The notes under the pieces are model-generated. The model saw nothing but the letters and a program-made list of their open reading frames with translations. It made no database searches and was not told the DNA's origin. DNA of 64,000 nt, taken from positions 160,001 through 224,000 of the forward strand of contig CAWFGE010000018.1 of the NCBI GenBank assembly GCA_963815195.1, in the 5' to 3' direction. Position numbers and translations under genes: made by a program. Source of the stretch: an uncultured Planctomycetaceae bacterium (GTDB lineage Bacteria; Planctomycetota; Planctomycetia; Planctomycetales; Planctomycetaceae). Below, in pieces: positions 30,370 to 41,767 of the stretch (positions are counted from its first letter, which is position 1; each line of letters starts with the position of its first letter).

Positions 30370-32469
30370 TTACATCATTCCTTCCAGCACTTCCGGCGGG
30401 GCCTCGGCGTATTTTAAGGGTTCCATCGAATAGGAAGCCCGGCCTTGCGAGAGGCCCCGGCTTTCGTTGGAGTAGCCGAACATCTGCGACAGCGCCGCTT
30501 CCGCCTCCAACACGCACAAGTCGCCCCGGCGTTCGGAATTGATAATGTGCGCCCGGCGTTTGTTGAGGTCCGCCTGGATGTTGCCCAAAAAGTCTTCCGG
30601 CGTCACGACTTCCAGCCGCATAATCGGCTCCAACAGGACCATGGCTTTCTCGTCGATCGCCCGGTTCAAGGCCTCCCGGAATGCATGCGAACCCGCGGCT
30701 TGAATCGCCACATCCGTGGTTTCGCCTTCGCGGTAGTCCACGTCCAAGAGCGTGATCTTGACTTTCATCAAAGGATAACCCACCACGCCGCCGCCCGCGG
30801 CCTGATCCTTCAAAGTTTCCAAAAGCACGTCCAACAAAGCCGGCGGCAACTCGCCCGGCTTGAGCTTGTTGACGATCGTCACCGGCTTTTCGCTCTCGAA
30901 CGGCTCGAGCTGCACGGTCACGCGGGCGTACTGCGTGACCCCCGCCGACTGGCGGCTGAAATGTCCTTCGCCTTTCACCGGCTTGTTGACGGTCTCGCGG
31001 TAGCTGACCCGCGGCTTGTGGACCTTGACCTTCAAGTTGAAATCCCGCTCCATGCGGTGTTTGAGGACTTCCAGATGGAGTTCGCCCATGCCGCTGATAA
31101 TCGTCTGCCCGGTTTCCTCGCTGACGTTGGCCCGGAACGTGGGATCCTGCCGGGACAACCGGGTCAAAGTGTCGGCGAGGGCTTTGCGGTCCGCGGAGGA
31201 CTCCGGCTCGACCGCCATCGAGATCACCGTTTCCGGGAAGGTGATGCTTTCCAAGAGGATCGGCTTGGGCGTGTCGCAGAGCGTGTCCCCGGTGACCACG
31301 TCCTTGGGGCCGATGACGCCCACAATATCGCCGGCCTCCACCTCGTCCGTCTCCAGCTTTTCCCGGCGGTCGGCCTGGATGTGCCACAACTGATTGATAA
31401 GTTCCTTCTTCCCCGTGCGGGGGTTGAGCATCCGCGAACCCGATTTGAGCACTCCCGAATACACCCGCACAAAATTGAGATCCGCGTGCTTGTCGGCCAC
31501 GATTTTGAAAATCAAACCGCAAAACGGCTCGTCCGCCCCCGGCTTGCGGATTTCCGGGCCTTTGTCCTGCTTTTTGGGATTGGGATTCAGCCCGCGGATC
31601 GGCGGGACATCGAGCGGACTGGGCAGATAATTGGCGACGGCATCGAGCAAAGGCTGCACGCCGATGTAATTCAGCGACGACCCGCAAAACGTCGGCTGAA
31701 GCTGCCCGTGGATCGTCGCGAGCCTGAGCAGCCGGTGGATCTGTTCGACGGGCACATCTTCCGTCTCCATGTAGGCCGCGAGAACATCATCGTCCAAGAG
31801 AGCCACCGACTCCACCAGTTTCTGCCGCCATTTTTTGGCTCGGCCCTGATGCTCTTCGGGAATGTCCTTGACCTCGAAGTTCTTGCCCTGGCTTTCGGGA
31901 TCGAAATACAGAGCCTTCATTTCGATGAGGTCGATGATGCCCGTGAGGGCATTCGGATCGGGCGGAGAGCCGGCTCCCATCGGGATCTGGACGGCGATCG
32001 GATGCGCCTGCAGGCGGGTCTTGATGTCCTCGAACGTCCGCTCGAAACTCGCCCCGATGCGGTCCATTTTGTTGATGAAGCAAATCCGCGGCACGCCGTA
32101 TTTGTTCGCCTGCCGCCAGACCGTTTCGCTCTGGGCCTCCACGCCTTCCACGGCACTGAACACGACGACGGCGCCATCCAGCACCCGCAGGCTCCGCTCC
32201 ACCTCCGCCGTGAAATCCACGTGGCCCGGCGTGTCGATCAGGTTGATGTTGACGTTTTTCCATTGGCACGACACCGCCGCCGAGTAAATCGTAATCCCCC
32301 GCTCGGCTTCTTCGGTGTCGAAGTCCGTAGCCGTATCGCCGGTGTCCACATTGCCCATCCGGTGCGAAGCGCCGGAGTAGAACAAAATGCGTTCCGTGGT
32401 CGTGGTCTTGCCGGCGTCGATATGCGCGACAATTCCGATATTGCGAATGGTTTCTATTGCTCTTGCCAT
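30370..32469 (-). CDS. fusA: Elongation factor G
   Basis: [41 protein letters not shown]; follows rpsG. Confidence 0.97.
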   Translation of the reverse strand: MARAIETIRNIGIVAHIDAGKTTTTERILFYSGASHRMGNVDTGDTATDFDTEEAERGITIYSAAVSCQWKNVNINLIDTPGHVDFTAEVERSLRVLDGAVVVFSAVEGVEAQSETVWRQANKYGVPRICFINKMDRIGASFERTFEDIKTRLQAHPIAVQIPMGAGSPPDPNALTGIIDLIEMKALYFDPESQGKNFEVKDIPEEHQGRAKKWRQKLVESVALLDDDVLAAYMETEDVPVEQIHRLLRLATIHGQLQPTFCGSSLNYIGVQPLLDAVANYLPSPLDVPPIRGLNPNPKKQDKGPEIRKPGADEPFCGLIFKIVADKHADLNFVRVYSGVLKSGSRMLNPRTGKKELINQLWHIQADRREKLETDEVEAGDIVGVIGPKDVVTGDTLCDTPKPILLESITFPETVISMAVEPESSADRKALADTLTRLSRQDPTFRANVSEETGQTIISGMGELHLEVLKHRMERDFNLKVKVHKPRVSYRETVNKPVKGEGHFSRQSAGVTQYARVTVQLEPFESEKPVTIVNKLKPGELPPALLDVLLETLKDQAAGGGVVGYPLMKVKITLLDVDYREGETTDVAIQAAGSHAFREALNRAIDEKAMVLLEPIMRLEVVTPEDFLGNIQADLNKRRAHIINSERRGDLCVLEAEAALSQMFGYSNESRGLSQGRASYSMEPLKYAEAPPEVLEGMM

Positions 32470-32578
32470 GGTATTTTCATGATACGAGGCGGGTGGTCAG
32501 GAGCCACGGGGAAAACCCCCAATGGCCAGGCACCGATGACCAATTATTTGTTCTGCGTCACGCTTTGACTATGCGAGT

Positions 32579-32810
32579 CGTGTCTTTTTTCACTTTTTCG
32601 CTTTACGAAATAACTCCCACTGTAAGCCTTTGGGTGGCTGGGGCGAAAATTCCCCTTGGAGTAAGGCTTGAACTGTGAATGCTGGGGCTGTGGCCCGGCG
32701 AGAAAAATCTCACACGGCCCCAGGCCTCAAATCTGCTTTTTCCTTGGAACATTCCATTGCGCCCCAGCCACCCGCCGTGTCTTTTTTCACTTTTTCGCTT
32801 TACGAAATAA
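32579..32810. repeat. 35-bp direct repeats enclosing a 14-bp inverted repeat pair
   Basis: CGTGTCTTTTTTCACTTTTTCGCTTTACGAAATAA at 32579-32613 and 32776-32810; GGGTGGCTGGGGCG (32632-32645) / CGCCCCAGCCACCC (32760-32773). Confidence 0.85.
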
Positions 32811-32880
32811 AAAAACGACGCTGGAGAGCCAATCGGGTTTCGATCGGTCTGTCCAGCGCCGGTGTCTCGCGATTCGCGGA

Positions 32881-33354
32881 TCAATACGCGAAGTGGGCAA
32901 AGGCTTTGTTGGCCTCGGCCATGCGGTGCACGTTTTCGCGTTTGGTCATCGAGGCTCCTTCGCGGCGATAGGCGGCCATCAGTTCGTCCGCGAGCCGCAA
33001 GTGCGTAGGACGGCCCCGTTTCGCACGAATGACTTCCAGAATCCAGCGGATGGCCAAGGTCGTCTGGCGTTTGGAATTCACCGGCGTCGGCACCTGATAC
33101 GTCGCCCCGCCGACCCGCTTCGAGCGGACTTCGATGTGTGGTTTGACGTTCTCGATTGCCTGATCGAAGACCTCGATCGGCTCGGCATCGGTGATTTTTT
33201 TCTCGACGATCTCCATCGCATCGTAAAACACCCGCTGAGCCGTGCTTTTTTTGCCGTCGTGCATCAGGCAGTTGATGAACTTCGATGCCATTTTGGACCC
33301 GTAACGCGGATCGGGTTGCAGTTGCGTTTGACTGGCTGTAAACCGTTTTGACAT
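32881..33354 (-). CDS. rpsG: 30S ribosomal protein S7
   Basis: [36 protein letters not shown]. Confidence 0.98.
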   Translation of the reverse strand: MSKRFTASQTQLQPDPRYGSKMASKFINCLMHDGKKSTAQRVFYDAMEIVEKKITDAEPIEVFDQAIENVKPHIEVRSKRVGGATYQVPTPVNSKRQTTLAIRWILEVIRAKRGRPTHLRLADELMAAYRREGASMTKRENVHRMAEANKAFAHFAY

Positions 33355-33464
33355 AACCTGTTATTTCCTACAACCGGCACTTGGTAAGATGAAAATCACT
33401 GGAAGCGAACTATTGCGGAAGGGAATCATGGGGCATACGCCCCACGCTCGCTTGATGGTGCGGG

Positions 33465-33836
33465 TTACTTGGGCCGTTTGGCTCCGTAGCGGCTGCGGGC
33501 TTGCCGGCGGTCGCCGACGCCCAGCGTGTCGAGCACGCCGCGGATGATCTTGTACCGGACACCCGGGAGGTCGCGGACCCTTCCGCCACGGACCAGGACG
33601 ATGGAGTGTTCCTGCAGGTTGTGGCCTTCCCCCGGAATGTACGCCGTGATTTCCTTGCCGTTGGATAGCCGCACGCGGGCCACCTTCCGCAGAGCCGAGT
33701 TCGGCTTTTTGGGGGTGACGGTTTTCACATTGAGGCATACGCCGCGTTTCTGCGGGCAGCCTTCCAAAACGGGGGTTTTGCTTTTGGTTTTCTGTTGTTT
33801 CCGCGGTTTGCGGACCAACTGGTTGATTGTGGGCAT
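33465..33836 (-). CDS. rpsL: 30S ribosomal protein S12
   Basis: [30 protein letters not shown]. Confidence 0.98.
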   Translation of the reverse strand: MPTINQLVRKPRKQQKTKSKTPVLEGCPQKRGVCLNVKTVTPKKPNSALRKVARVRLSNGKEITAYIPGEGHNLQEHSIVLVRGGRVRDLPGVRYKIIRGVLDTLGVGDRRQARSRYGAKRPK

Positions 33837-33956
33837 TGCCTCAAACCTTGCCTGGTTTTGTTGCCAATTCCTGCGCTCTCGACAATTCGAGAAACGCCAT
33901 TCTTGGGGATACGCCGGCACTCGGCCGGATTTTCACAAGAAAGGACGGAAACGTGA

Positions 33957-33985
33957 AATTTATCGGCCGGGTTCCCGACCGTCAA
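33957..33985 (-). promoter_or_regulatory. Sigma70-type promoter of the rpsL operon
   Basis: TTGACG-17 nt-TAAATT on the minus strand. Confidence 0.65.
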
Positions 33986-34109
33986 GCGACCGCCGCCGCG
34001 CGGAGGAAGAAAAATCGATGTCGCACGTTTCTGCCGTGGGGATTTTACAGAACCATCATTATCCGCGGCGAGCAGTCACCGGCTTCCGTAGAGACTCCAG
34101 CGGCAGCTC

Positions 34110-34614
34110 TCAAAGCGCGGGGACCATCAAATCCGCCGCGAGGCTCAACATGCGGATTTCGGACTCCGAATAAACCCGGGGCTCGACGGTTTGCACGACC
34201 AGGACGCCCTCCAGGCCGGTTTTCCATCCGATCGGCACCCCCAAAAAGGATTCGTAAGGCTCCTCGCCGGCTTCGGGGAAATATTTGAACTGGGGGTGCT
34301 GCATGGCGTGGGCTTCAACCATGACCGGCTCCTGGGTCGCCGCCACTTGCCCGGACAGGCCATCGCCGATTTTCAGCCGCAGTTTCCCGACGCAATCCTG
34401 TCGCAAACCAACGGTGGCCGCGAGCACAATTTCTTCCCGGCCCCGATCCAGGTGGTACACCGAGCACACATCGCAAAAAAACCGATTGCCCACGAGGCAG
34501 GCGATGTTCGACACATTCCGGAGCGGTTCGCCAGGGTTCAGCGCAAGTGCGGATTTCCCAAAGGGTTTTGAGCAGTTCGCTTTCTTCGGAGCGCGGAGGA
34601 TGATTCATGGACAA
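34110..34614 (-). CDS. Stand-alone GAF-domain protein (PtsP N-terminus-like; frameshift ~34515)
   Basis: DVCSVY, LAATVGL, GLSGQVA, HPQFKYFPEAGEEPYESFLGVPI, GVLVVQ. Confidence 0.8.
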
Positions 34615-34872
34615 TCGAGCGGTTCAAGATGGAAACGGAGATTTTCAGGTGGAGATCGAGAGAATTGTCGCAATCGCCGAGGCGAAAGTCGAGGGATGGG
34701 CCGAGGAGGAAACGCTTCGCCCGCAGTCATTTCGGTAGGCTCGGCAATTAATGTGCACTTTCCATGCCGGAACTTGCGAGACCTGACGAATTGTAAATGG
34801 CGCCGCGCCGGACAGGAGACTGCGGACAAATTCAGCATTTCCCGCCCATAATTCAAGCAATCTGCAGCTCGT

Positions 34873-35752
34873 TCACTTCGACAAAGGCAGCACATCGACG
34901 GAGACGTCGAGGGTGTGCTCGCCGCCGCCGACAAAAACGCCTTTGAGCGGGCACACATCGCCATAATCCCGCCCCCACGCCAAGGTGATGTGCTCGTCGG
35001 TCACCGGCTTGTTGTTGGTGGGGTCGAAATCGATCCAGCCCAACTCCCCGCCGAAAACGCTCACCCAGGCGTGCGAGGCATCCGCTCCCACGAGGCGGGG
35101 CTTTCCCGGGGGCGGGTAGGTTCGCAGATACCCGCTCACATACCGGGCCGCCAGTCCCAGCGCGGAGCACGGCGAGTTCCAAGTGCGCAAAATCCTGGCA
35201 AACGCCTTTCCGGTTTTGCAACACCTCTTCGATCGGCGTGTTGACCGACGTGGCCCGCGGATCGAATTCAAAATCCGCGTGAATTTGAGCGGTGAGCGCC
35301 ATCACCGCCTCCACGATCGGCCGCTTGGGGGCAAAGGCTTTTTGGCCGTAGGCTTTCAGTTCGCGGGAAACGGGCACGCGGGGGGATTCAAACCGGAACG
35401 TCGCCGCCTCGAGCGCGGCGGGATCTCGACACAGACGGAGTTGCTCCGCGACAGATTCCCAAGCCGGCCCGGATTCGGGAGGCTCCGCCGCCGGCTGACC
35501 GTGCACATCCACCCGGCTGACGGTCTTAATCTCCAAAGTCTCAAACCCATTGTTGAATGAAAAATACACGAGCGGGTTGTCGAAATAATCCGTCCGCCGG
35601 CCGGAAATCGACGGAGCGGGCGTGATGTTCAAACGGTGGAAATCGCAGACCTGCCGGTCAAAAGTGCGCGGCGTGAGATAGGCTTCGTTATGGCACACCG
35701 AAACCGGATCGGAATAGTGGTAGGTGGTGATGTGCGTGATGCGGTATTTCAC
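34873..35752 (-). CDS. Transglutaminase-like protein (frameshift ~35165)
   Basis: YRITHITTYHY, GVCQDFAH, ARYVSGYL, ASHAW, FDPTN, GRDYGDV. Confidence 0.92.
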
Positions 35753-35827
35753 AGAACCCAATCCGAAAGAGATTTGATCCCGTGATTTTAATACGCCGTT
35801 CGCGATTTTGCGCGATCTCGCTCCGGA

Positions 35828-36132
35828 AAATCCGAAATCCGAATCTCGAAATCCGCAACAAATCCCAATGATCGACATTCAGTCGTTCCCAAAGGCGCGA
35901 AAAAGGAATTGGTTCCCCAAGAGCCGCGCACGAAGTAAGCGGTTTTTCTAGTCTACAGATCGCAATACCGCTTACTTCGTTCGCGGCTCCGGCGTTTTTT
36001 GGAATGATCGAAATTCCAATATCGAAACCCCGTACGCCGGAGTGTGCTCTATCAATCCAGGGCCTTGTTTGGGAGATTTGGATTTCTGGTTTTGGATTTG
36101 TTTCGAATTTCGGATTTCGTGCTTCGGATTTT
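35828..36132. repeat. Inverted heptamer-rich arms with a nested REP doublet
   Basis: AAATCCGAAATCCGAATCTCGAAATCCG.. vs ..TTTCGAATTTCGGATTTCGTGCTTCGGATTT; nested GAGCCGCGCACGAAGTAAGCGG pair at 35921-35989. Confidence 0.7.
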
Positions 36133-36236
36133 TACCAAGAAATGCGCATCGAACGCAAAAACCGGCGTGCCGCGGGATGATCTCCCTCGGCACGCCGGGA
36201 ATTTGTGTTGGATTGGCGGTGAGACGGATGTCTCGG

Positions 36237-37460
36237 TTAGTTCCTGCGCACCGGTTGTTGCCGGGCACCGGGAGTTTGGGGCACCTGGCCTGCGGTGCGC
36301 GGCGGGGCGGTGCGCGGGGGATAACTCTGCGTCCCCGGCACGCCCGGTTTTTGGTGGGAAGTCTGTTCCACGTCGGCCCCGCTGACGGTGCCTTTCAGGT
36401 AATTGTCCACGCGGGCCGCCTTTTTCAGGTTATCGAACACGTTGGCCACGGCTTCTTGGGTTTTATCCTCGACCAACGCGGCATACAGTTCGCTGCGGAT
36501 TTCCGGGGTCATGGCTTTGACGTGCGGATCGGTGCGGCCTTCGCATTTGAGGAGCACAAACCGGCTGAAGCCAACCTGGATCACCGGCGAAATCTCGCCC
36601 GGCTTCATGGCGAAGGCGGCTTTTTCCAGTTCCGCGTTCCCGCCATGCTGGCGAATCGGGGGAATCGTGCCGCCCATCGCTTTGCTGTTGGGTTCGATGG
36701 AGTGCTCTTGCGCGAGCTTTTCGAAATTCTCGGGATTCTTGCGGGCCTCGGACCAGACGGTCTGGGCATGACGGGTGTTGTCGAACATGATCATCTTCGC
36801 CATGACCCGCTCGCCATAGGCGCTTTCAAACGCCTTTTGCAGGTCGGCTTCGGTGACATCGACTCTGTTGCCGGCGATCTTTTTGAGGGCGAGCATCGGC
36901 CAGATCACGTCCCGGCGGTATTGCAGCGGGGACAGGTTTCGCTCGGCTTGGAGCATCTGATACCAGTTGTCCGGCGTGAGGTTGAACTTATTGGCGATCC
37001 GGGCGATTTCCTGGTCCACCTCTTCGTTGGTGACCTGGATGCCTCGCTCCTGGCAGGCCTGGTAAATGATCGTGCGGTTGATGATGTTTTCCAGAACGTC
37101 TTCGCCGTAGCGGAGCATGCACTCTTCGGCCACCACTTCCCAGGGAATCACCTGCGTGCCCACGCGGGCCAGCGGCCGGCGGGTGGCCATGTTCTGGGCG
37201 GCCCCCGAAGCGTTCGCCGTGCCGGTTTGGGCCGAGGCCTCGTCCTGCTTGAGGACCTGGAACAGTCCGACCGCCAGGCCCGCAATCGCCAGCGTTCCGC
37301 CGGCGAGGAAGGCGAGCTTCTGTTTGCGGCTGAAGCGTTTCTTCTGCGGCGTTTTCTCCGATTGCGGAGGCGCGGCCGGCGCGGGTTCGGCATTCATCGT
37401 GAACTCGCCCACTGACTGACCTTGGGGCGTGCCTTCGGGGGAGTGAGTCCGTTCACTCAT
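36237..37460 (-). CDS. PpiC/PrsA-type peptidyl-prolyl isomerase
   Basis: TM anchor, SurA-N-like region, FEKLAQEHSIEPNS..GG, KPGEISPVI. Confidence 0.88.
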   Translation of the reverse strand: MSERTHSPEGTPQGQSVGEFTMNAEPAPAAPPQSEKTPQKKRFSRKQKLAFLAGGTLAIAGLAVGLFQVLKQDEASAQTGTANASGAAQNMATRRPLARVGTQVIPWEVVAEECMLRYGEDVLENIINRTIIYQACQERGIQVTNEEVDQEIARIANKFNLTPDNWYQMLQAERNLSPLQYRRDVIWPMLALKKIAGNRVDVTEADLQKAFESAYGERVMAKMIMFDNTRHAQTVWSEARKNPENFEKLAQEHSIEPNSKAMGGTIPPIRQHGGNAELEKAAFAMKPGEISPVIQVGFSRFVLLKCEGRTDPHVKAMTPEIRSELYAALVEDKTQEAVANVFDNLKKAARVDNYLKGTVSGADVEQTSHQKPGVPGTQSYPPRTAPPRTAGQVPQTPGARQQPVRRN

Positions 37461-37671
37461 TAGACAGGGTCTCCGAAATGTGAAAGAAGAAAAGGGTTGC
37501 GATTCAAGTTCCTGTTGACACAAGCCGGGAAAATCGTCCCGCCATCGGAAAATCGGGCGGACTATAGAAATTCCGCGAATTTGGGTCAAGTTGGATTCCC
37601 AAACGGCCGAGAAGCCAAGTGCACGCGCCAGATTACCCAGTCGTTCCGAATTACGGAAAAGGACCGGAGGT

Positions 37672-37882
37672 CCGGCTCTATGTCAGCCCTGGGAATGGTA
37701 ACGAACAAAATCCAAAAGCCCCAACGGGGCGGTCTTAAACTAAAGCGGCGCGGGATTGATGAGGCCGCGCCTGCCCGTGAGCCAGATCGGGCCGCCCCGT
37801 TGGGGCTTGCATTTTATTCATTCGTAACCCAGGGCGGCACTGCGCTGGCCCTGGGCTGACATAGGGCCGGGCCTTCGGCCCT
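37672..37882. repeat. Nested REP-like palindromic element
   Basis: CTATGTCAGCCCTGGG / CCCTGGGCTGACATAG enclosing AAGCCCCAACGGGGCGG / CCGCCCCGTTGGGGCTT. Confidence 0.8.
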
Positions 37883-38031
37883 AAATCCTTTTGGTGCAGG
37901 CGTCTCATCTGCGAATTCAGTAGGACGGTTGCACCACAATCACACGAAATCTAGAACGACTGGATCTGTGGAGATGTTCGCGTGCGTCGGTTTCCGACAA
38001 GCCCCGCCGGACCTCGAACACGTTTCCGTTG

Positions 38032-38457
38032 TCATCCTGCCGAAGGACGATCCAGCGGATCTTGGATTGGGATGTTTCGGTCGTCATTCTGTTGTTCCAA
38101 TTCGTCCCACCCGTTGGATTCCCTCGGCGGCTCTACCCACCAATTCTCCGCCTGTTTCTTCTGATGATCCTTCCATGCGGCATAACTCGTGTAAGGAATC
38201 GTCACAGGCAAAGTGGCGACATCGCCAACGAGGCTCAGGGGAAGATCAATGACGGATAACGGTTTATTGACGATGTCTTCGACGACACCATACCCATTGA
38301 CGGCGATATGAACATCATGGGCCACGCCTCCAAAGGGGAACATGCGCGGAAAGGGCCCGCCATCCAAGAAGTTCCAACACGTCCCGCAGCCGGATGCCGC
38401 TCCGAGGAACCAGATCAATGCGATCCAGCAATATCGAGTGCGGAATCTTGCTGGCAC
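38032..38457 (-). CDS. YceK/YidQ-like lipoprotein
   Basis: ASGC lipobox, FGGV..D, IDLPLSLVGDVATLP. Confidence 0.7.
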   Translation of the reverse strand: MPARFRTRYCWIALIWFLGAASGCGTCWNFLDGGPFPRMFPFGGVAHDVHIAVNGYGVVEDIVNKPLSVIDLPLSLVGDVATLPVTIPYTSYAAWKDHQKKQAENWWVEPPRESNGWDELEQQNDDRNIPIQDPLDRPSAG

Positions 38458-38483
38458 GATGGCAGATGCGGCCGCGGGGAATG

Positions 38484-39623
38484 TTACGAACCGACGGTTT
38501 GTTTATCCGCTTCTTGCGAATCCGCGTCGACTTGGAGTTGCACGAGTTCGGCCGGGGCGGGTGCGGCTTGTTTGCCGGCGAGGGTGGGGAGGTCGTCGAG
38601 CGATTCAGGCTTCGCACCGAGGAGCGTGAGTTTCACCGTGGCCAGAAAGCCTTTGAGGCTCCCGAAGGTTTCGGAGACGGCGGTCGGTTCGTAGCCGCAG
38701 TGGACCATGCAGTCCTGGCAGTTGTCGTTGCCGCTCTGCCGGCCGTAATTGCTCCATTCGGTCGTGTCGAGCAGCTCCTGGAAGCTCTCGCAATAGCCTT
38801 CCTGCAGCAAATAGCAGGGCCGTTGCCAGCCGAAGAGGTTGTACGTGGGATTGCCCCAAGGCGTGCATTCCAGATCCCAACGGCCTTTGAGGAATTCCAA
38901 AAACAACGGCGACTGGTTGAACTTCCAGCGGCGTTTGATTGTGGAAAACACCCGGCGGAACAGGCTGATGGTTTCGTTCCTGTGCAGGAAATGCTCCTGG
39001 TCGGGGGCTTTTTCGTAGGGGTAACCGGGCGAGAGCATCATGCCTTCCACGCCGATGTCCGAGAGCGTGTCGAACATCTCCCGCACGCGCTGGGGGTCGG
39101 CGGTGTTGAACAGCGTGGTGTTGGTCGTCACGCGGAAGCCCTGGTCGATCGCCGACTTAATCGCGCGCACCGCGACATCATAAACCCCCTCCCGGCACAC
39201 GGCTTCGTCGTGTTCTTCCTTGGGCCCGTCCAAGTGCACCGAAAACGTCAGATACTTGGAAGGCTGGAACTTGTGAAGGTGCTGCTCCAAGAGGATCGCG
39301 TTGGTGCACAGATAGATGTAGCGTTTTTGCGCGACGAGGCCTTCTACGATCTCTTGGATGTCCGGATGCAAGAGCGGCTCGCCGCCGGGGATCGAGACAA
39401 TCGGGGCCCCGCATTCTTCCGCGGCGTTCAAACACTGCTCGACGGAGAGGTGCTTGCGGAGGATCTCGGCGGGATATTGAATCTTCCCGCAACCCGCGCA
39501 CGCCAGATTGCAGCGAAATAACGGCTCCAGCATCAAAACGGTGGGGTATCTTTTGACGCCTCGCAGTTTTTTTCCGAGAACATAGGTGGCCACGGTCCAC
39601 ATTTGCGACACGGGAACCGCCAT
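38484..39623 (-). CDS. hpnH: Adenosylhopane-forming radical SAM enzyme
   Basis: LMLEPLFRCNLACAGCGKI, CTPWGNPT, GWQRPCYL, CMVHCGYEPTA. Confidence 0.93.
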   Translation of the reverse strand: MAVPVSQMWTVATYVLGKKLRGVKRYPTVLMLEPLFRCNLACAGCGKIQYPAEILRKHLSVEQCLNAAEECGAPIVSIPGGEPLLHPDIQEIVEGLVAQKRYIYLCTNAILLEQHLHKFQPSKYLTFSVHLDGPKEEHDEAVCREGVYDVAVRAIKSAIDQGFRVTTNTTLFNTADPQRVREMFDTLSDIGVEGMMLSPGYPYEKAPDQEHFLHRNETISLFRRVFSTIKRRWKFNQSPLFLEFLKGRWDLECTPWGNPTYNLFGWQRPCYLLQEGYCESFQELLDTTEWSNYGRQSGNDNCQDCMVHCGYEPTAVSETFGSLKGFLATVKLTLLGAKPESLDDLPTLAGKQAAPAPAELVQLQVDADSQEADKQTVGS

Positions 39624-39894
39624 TCGATTACTCCCTTTAAGCTATTGAGATGATTCGACTTAAGATGTATGGGCGTCATAACAGGTTTTATCCGTCCTGT
39701 CAGCCCCAAATCGCCTGACCCACAGAGTTTTTCCCCGGAGCGGGGAATTTCCCCCTATTGGCCCTTTCCGTTCGACCGGGGCTGGATTCCAATACGAAGA
39801 ATGTCCGAAAGAGTCCTTCGGGCTGAAGTCGAGGGAGCCGTCCGTCAGAAACGGGAATTCGCACGAGGACCGACCAGAGAATTTTGGAGTCCGC

Positions 39895-40182
39895 ATGAAA
39901 GTTATTCCCATTGGCGACAAAGTCGTCGTGCAGCGCGTCGAAGCCGAGACCACCTCGACCGGCGGGATTGTGCTTCCCGAATCGGCACAGGATCACCCCG
40001 CCCGCGGCCGCGTGCTCAGCGTCGGCACCGGGGCCGTCCAACGCAACGGCACCCGCCGGCCGTTCCAGGTCAAAGAAGGCGACCGGGTGATCTTTTCCCC
40101 GTGGGCCGGCACCGAGGTCAAAATCGACGGCGAAGAACTCCTGGTCATGTCGGAATCCGACATCCTGGCGGTGCTTTCATAA
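39895..40182 (+). CDS. groES: Co-chaperonin GroES
   Basis: PIGDKVVV, TTSTGGIVLPESA, GTEVKIDGEELLVMSESDILAV. Confidence 0.95.
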   Translation: MKVIPIGDKVVVQRVEAETTSTGGIVLPESAQDHPARGRVLSVGTGAVQRNGTRRPFQVKEGDRVIFSPWAGTEVKIDGEELLVMSESDILAVLS

Positions 40183-40292
40183 CAGCGGAGAGCGACCCGG
40201 AGGGGACCCGGCCAAGAGCGGAGAGCCAAACCCAAAACTTTTGAATCATCGCCTGTGGCCTTTGCTCCTAAGTGGCCTTTGCCCCTGAAACC

Positions 40293-41464
40293 ATGCGAAT
40301 CGCCGAACTTGTCGCCTACCACGTGCGCATCCGGTTGAAGAAACCCATCCGCCACGCCTCGCATACGCGGTCGGAAACCGATTCGATCGTGGTGAAGTGC
40401 ACGCTCGATGTAGGCAACGTCGGTTGGGGCGAAGGCTTGCCCCGCGAATATGTCACCGGCGAGACCATCGACACCGTCCACACGCAAGTCCGCGACATCG
40501 ATTGGCGATCCCAATTGGGCGGGACGTTTCAAAACTTGCACGAGGCGATTGCGGTCTGCGATCAAATCTCATTGCCCCGGCCTTCCGGTGTCCGCGATTG
40601 CTTTGGCAATTCGCTCAGGTGCGCGGTGGAGTTGAGTCTTCTGGATGCCGCGGCCGCGCGGAGGGCGTGCCGTTGTCGCGGGTGACGACGCTGGTTCCCG
40701 AAGCCTTGGCGATTGCGAAGCCGCGGGACCGCGTGCGCTACAGCGGTGCGATCACCACCTCGGGCAAATGGGGGCAGCGGATCAAGGCCTGGAAAATGCG
40801 GTTGTTCGGGTTTCATCAGGTGAAGGTGAAAGTCGGAGCCGAGGGCGTGGACGATGCCGACGCCCTTCGCCGAATCCGAAAGATCGTCGGCCCGAAGGTC
40901 GATCTCCGCCTGGACGCCAACGAAGCCTGGACCCCTGAGACGTTGGAGAAAAAACTCGCCCCGCTTTTGCCGTTCGATGTCACTTCGCTCGAGCAACCCG
41001 TGCCTCACGAGCAAGTGGACGGGTTGGCGAACGTCCGGCCGCGGATGGAAACCCCGATCATGCTCGACGAGTCGCTGTGCAGCGCTTCGGACGGGCAGCG
41101 GGCGATCGAAGAAGGCCTCTGCGATTTGTTCAACTTGCGACTCTCCAAGTGCGGCGGGTTTTTGCCGTCGCTCAGATTGGCGGCGATGGCCCACCGCGCG
41201 GGCTTGGGTTACCAGTTGGGCTGCCAGGTGGGGGAAACCGGAATTCTTTCCGCCGCGGGCCGGCATTTCGCGGCGTCCGTCGATCACATCCGGTATCTGG
41301 AAGGCAGCTACGATCATTTCCTCGTCAAAGAACGGCTCACCCAAGAAGACCTGACCTTCGGCTACGGCGGTTTCGCCCCCGCGCTCACGAAGCCGGGTTT
41401 AGGGATTCACATCGATCCGGCTCAGTTGGCTCAGGTCACGCGGGCGGAATGGCGAATGGTCTAA
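40293..41464 (+). CDS. Enolase-superfamily dipeptide epimerase / muconate cycloisomerase-like (frameshift ~40655)
   Basis: GWGEGLPREYVTGET, KVKVG, RLDANEAW, LEQP, MLDES, KCGG. Confidence 0.88.
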
Positions 41465-41489
41465 GTGGCTTTCCCATAAGTGGGATTTG

Positions 41490-41556
41490 GTGAGCGGCAA
41501 GGCGCTAGCCGCCGGTTCCGCGCGCAAAAACCGGCGGCTAGCGCCTTGCCGCGCAC
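41490..41556. repeat. REP doublet (GGCGCTAGCC family)
   Basis: GCGGCAAGGCGCTAGCCGCCGGTT / AACCGGCGGCTAGCGCCTTGCCGC. Confidence 0.8.
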
Positions 41557-41767
41557 AGCGGCCAACAGTCTTGCGAAATTCGAGCGGGTGTCTTACGTTT
41601 CCCTTTGGCATTCTGCCGCGCGCATTGGGCAACAAACCCTCATGGTGTGAATTGGGACGGGCCGCTATAATCCGGGTTGGGCATTGATCTGAACATTTCC
41701 CCCGGCGGGGATTGAGATTTTCCGCGCGTGGAATGGATTTCCTCCAACAAAAAAAGAGGTGGTGCCG

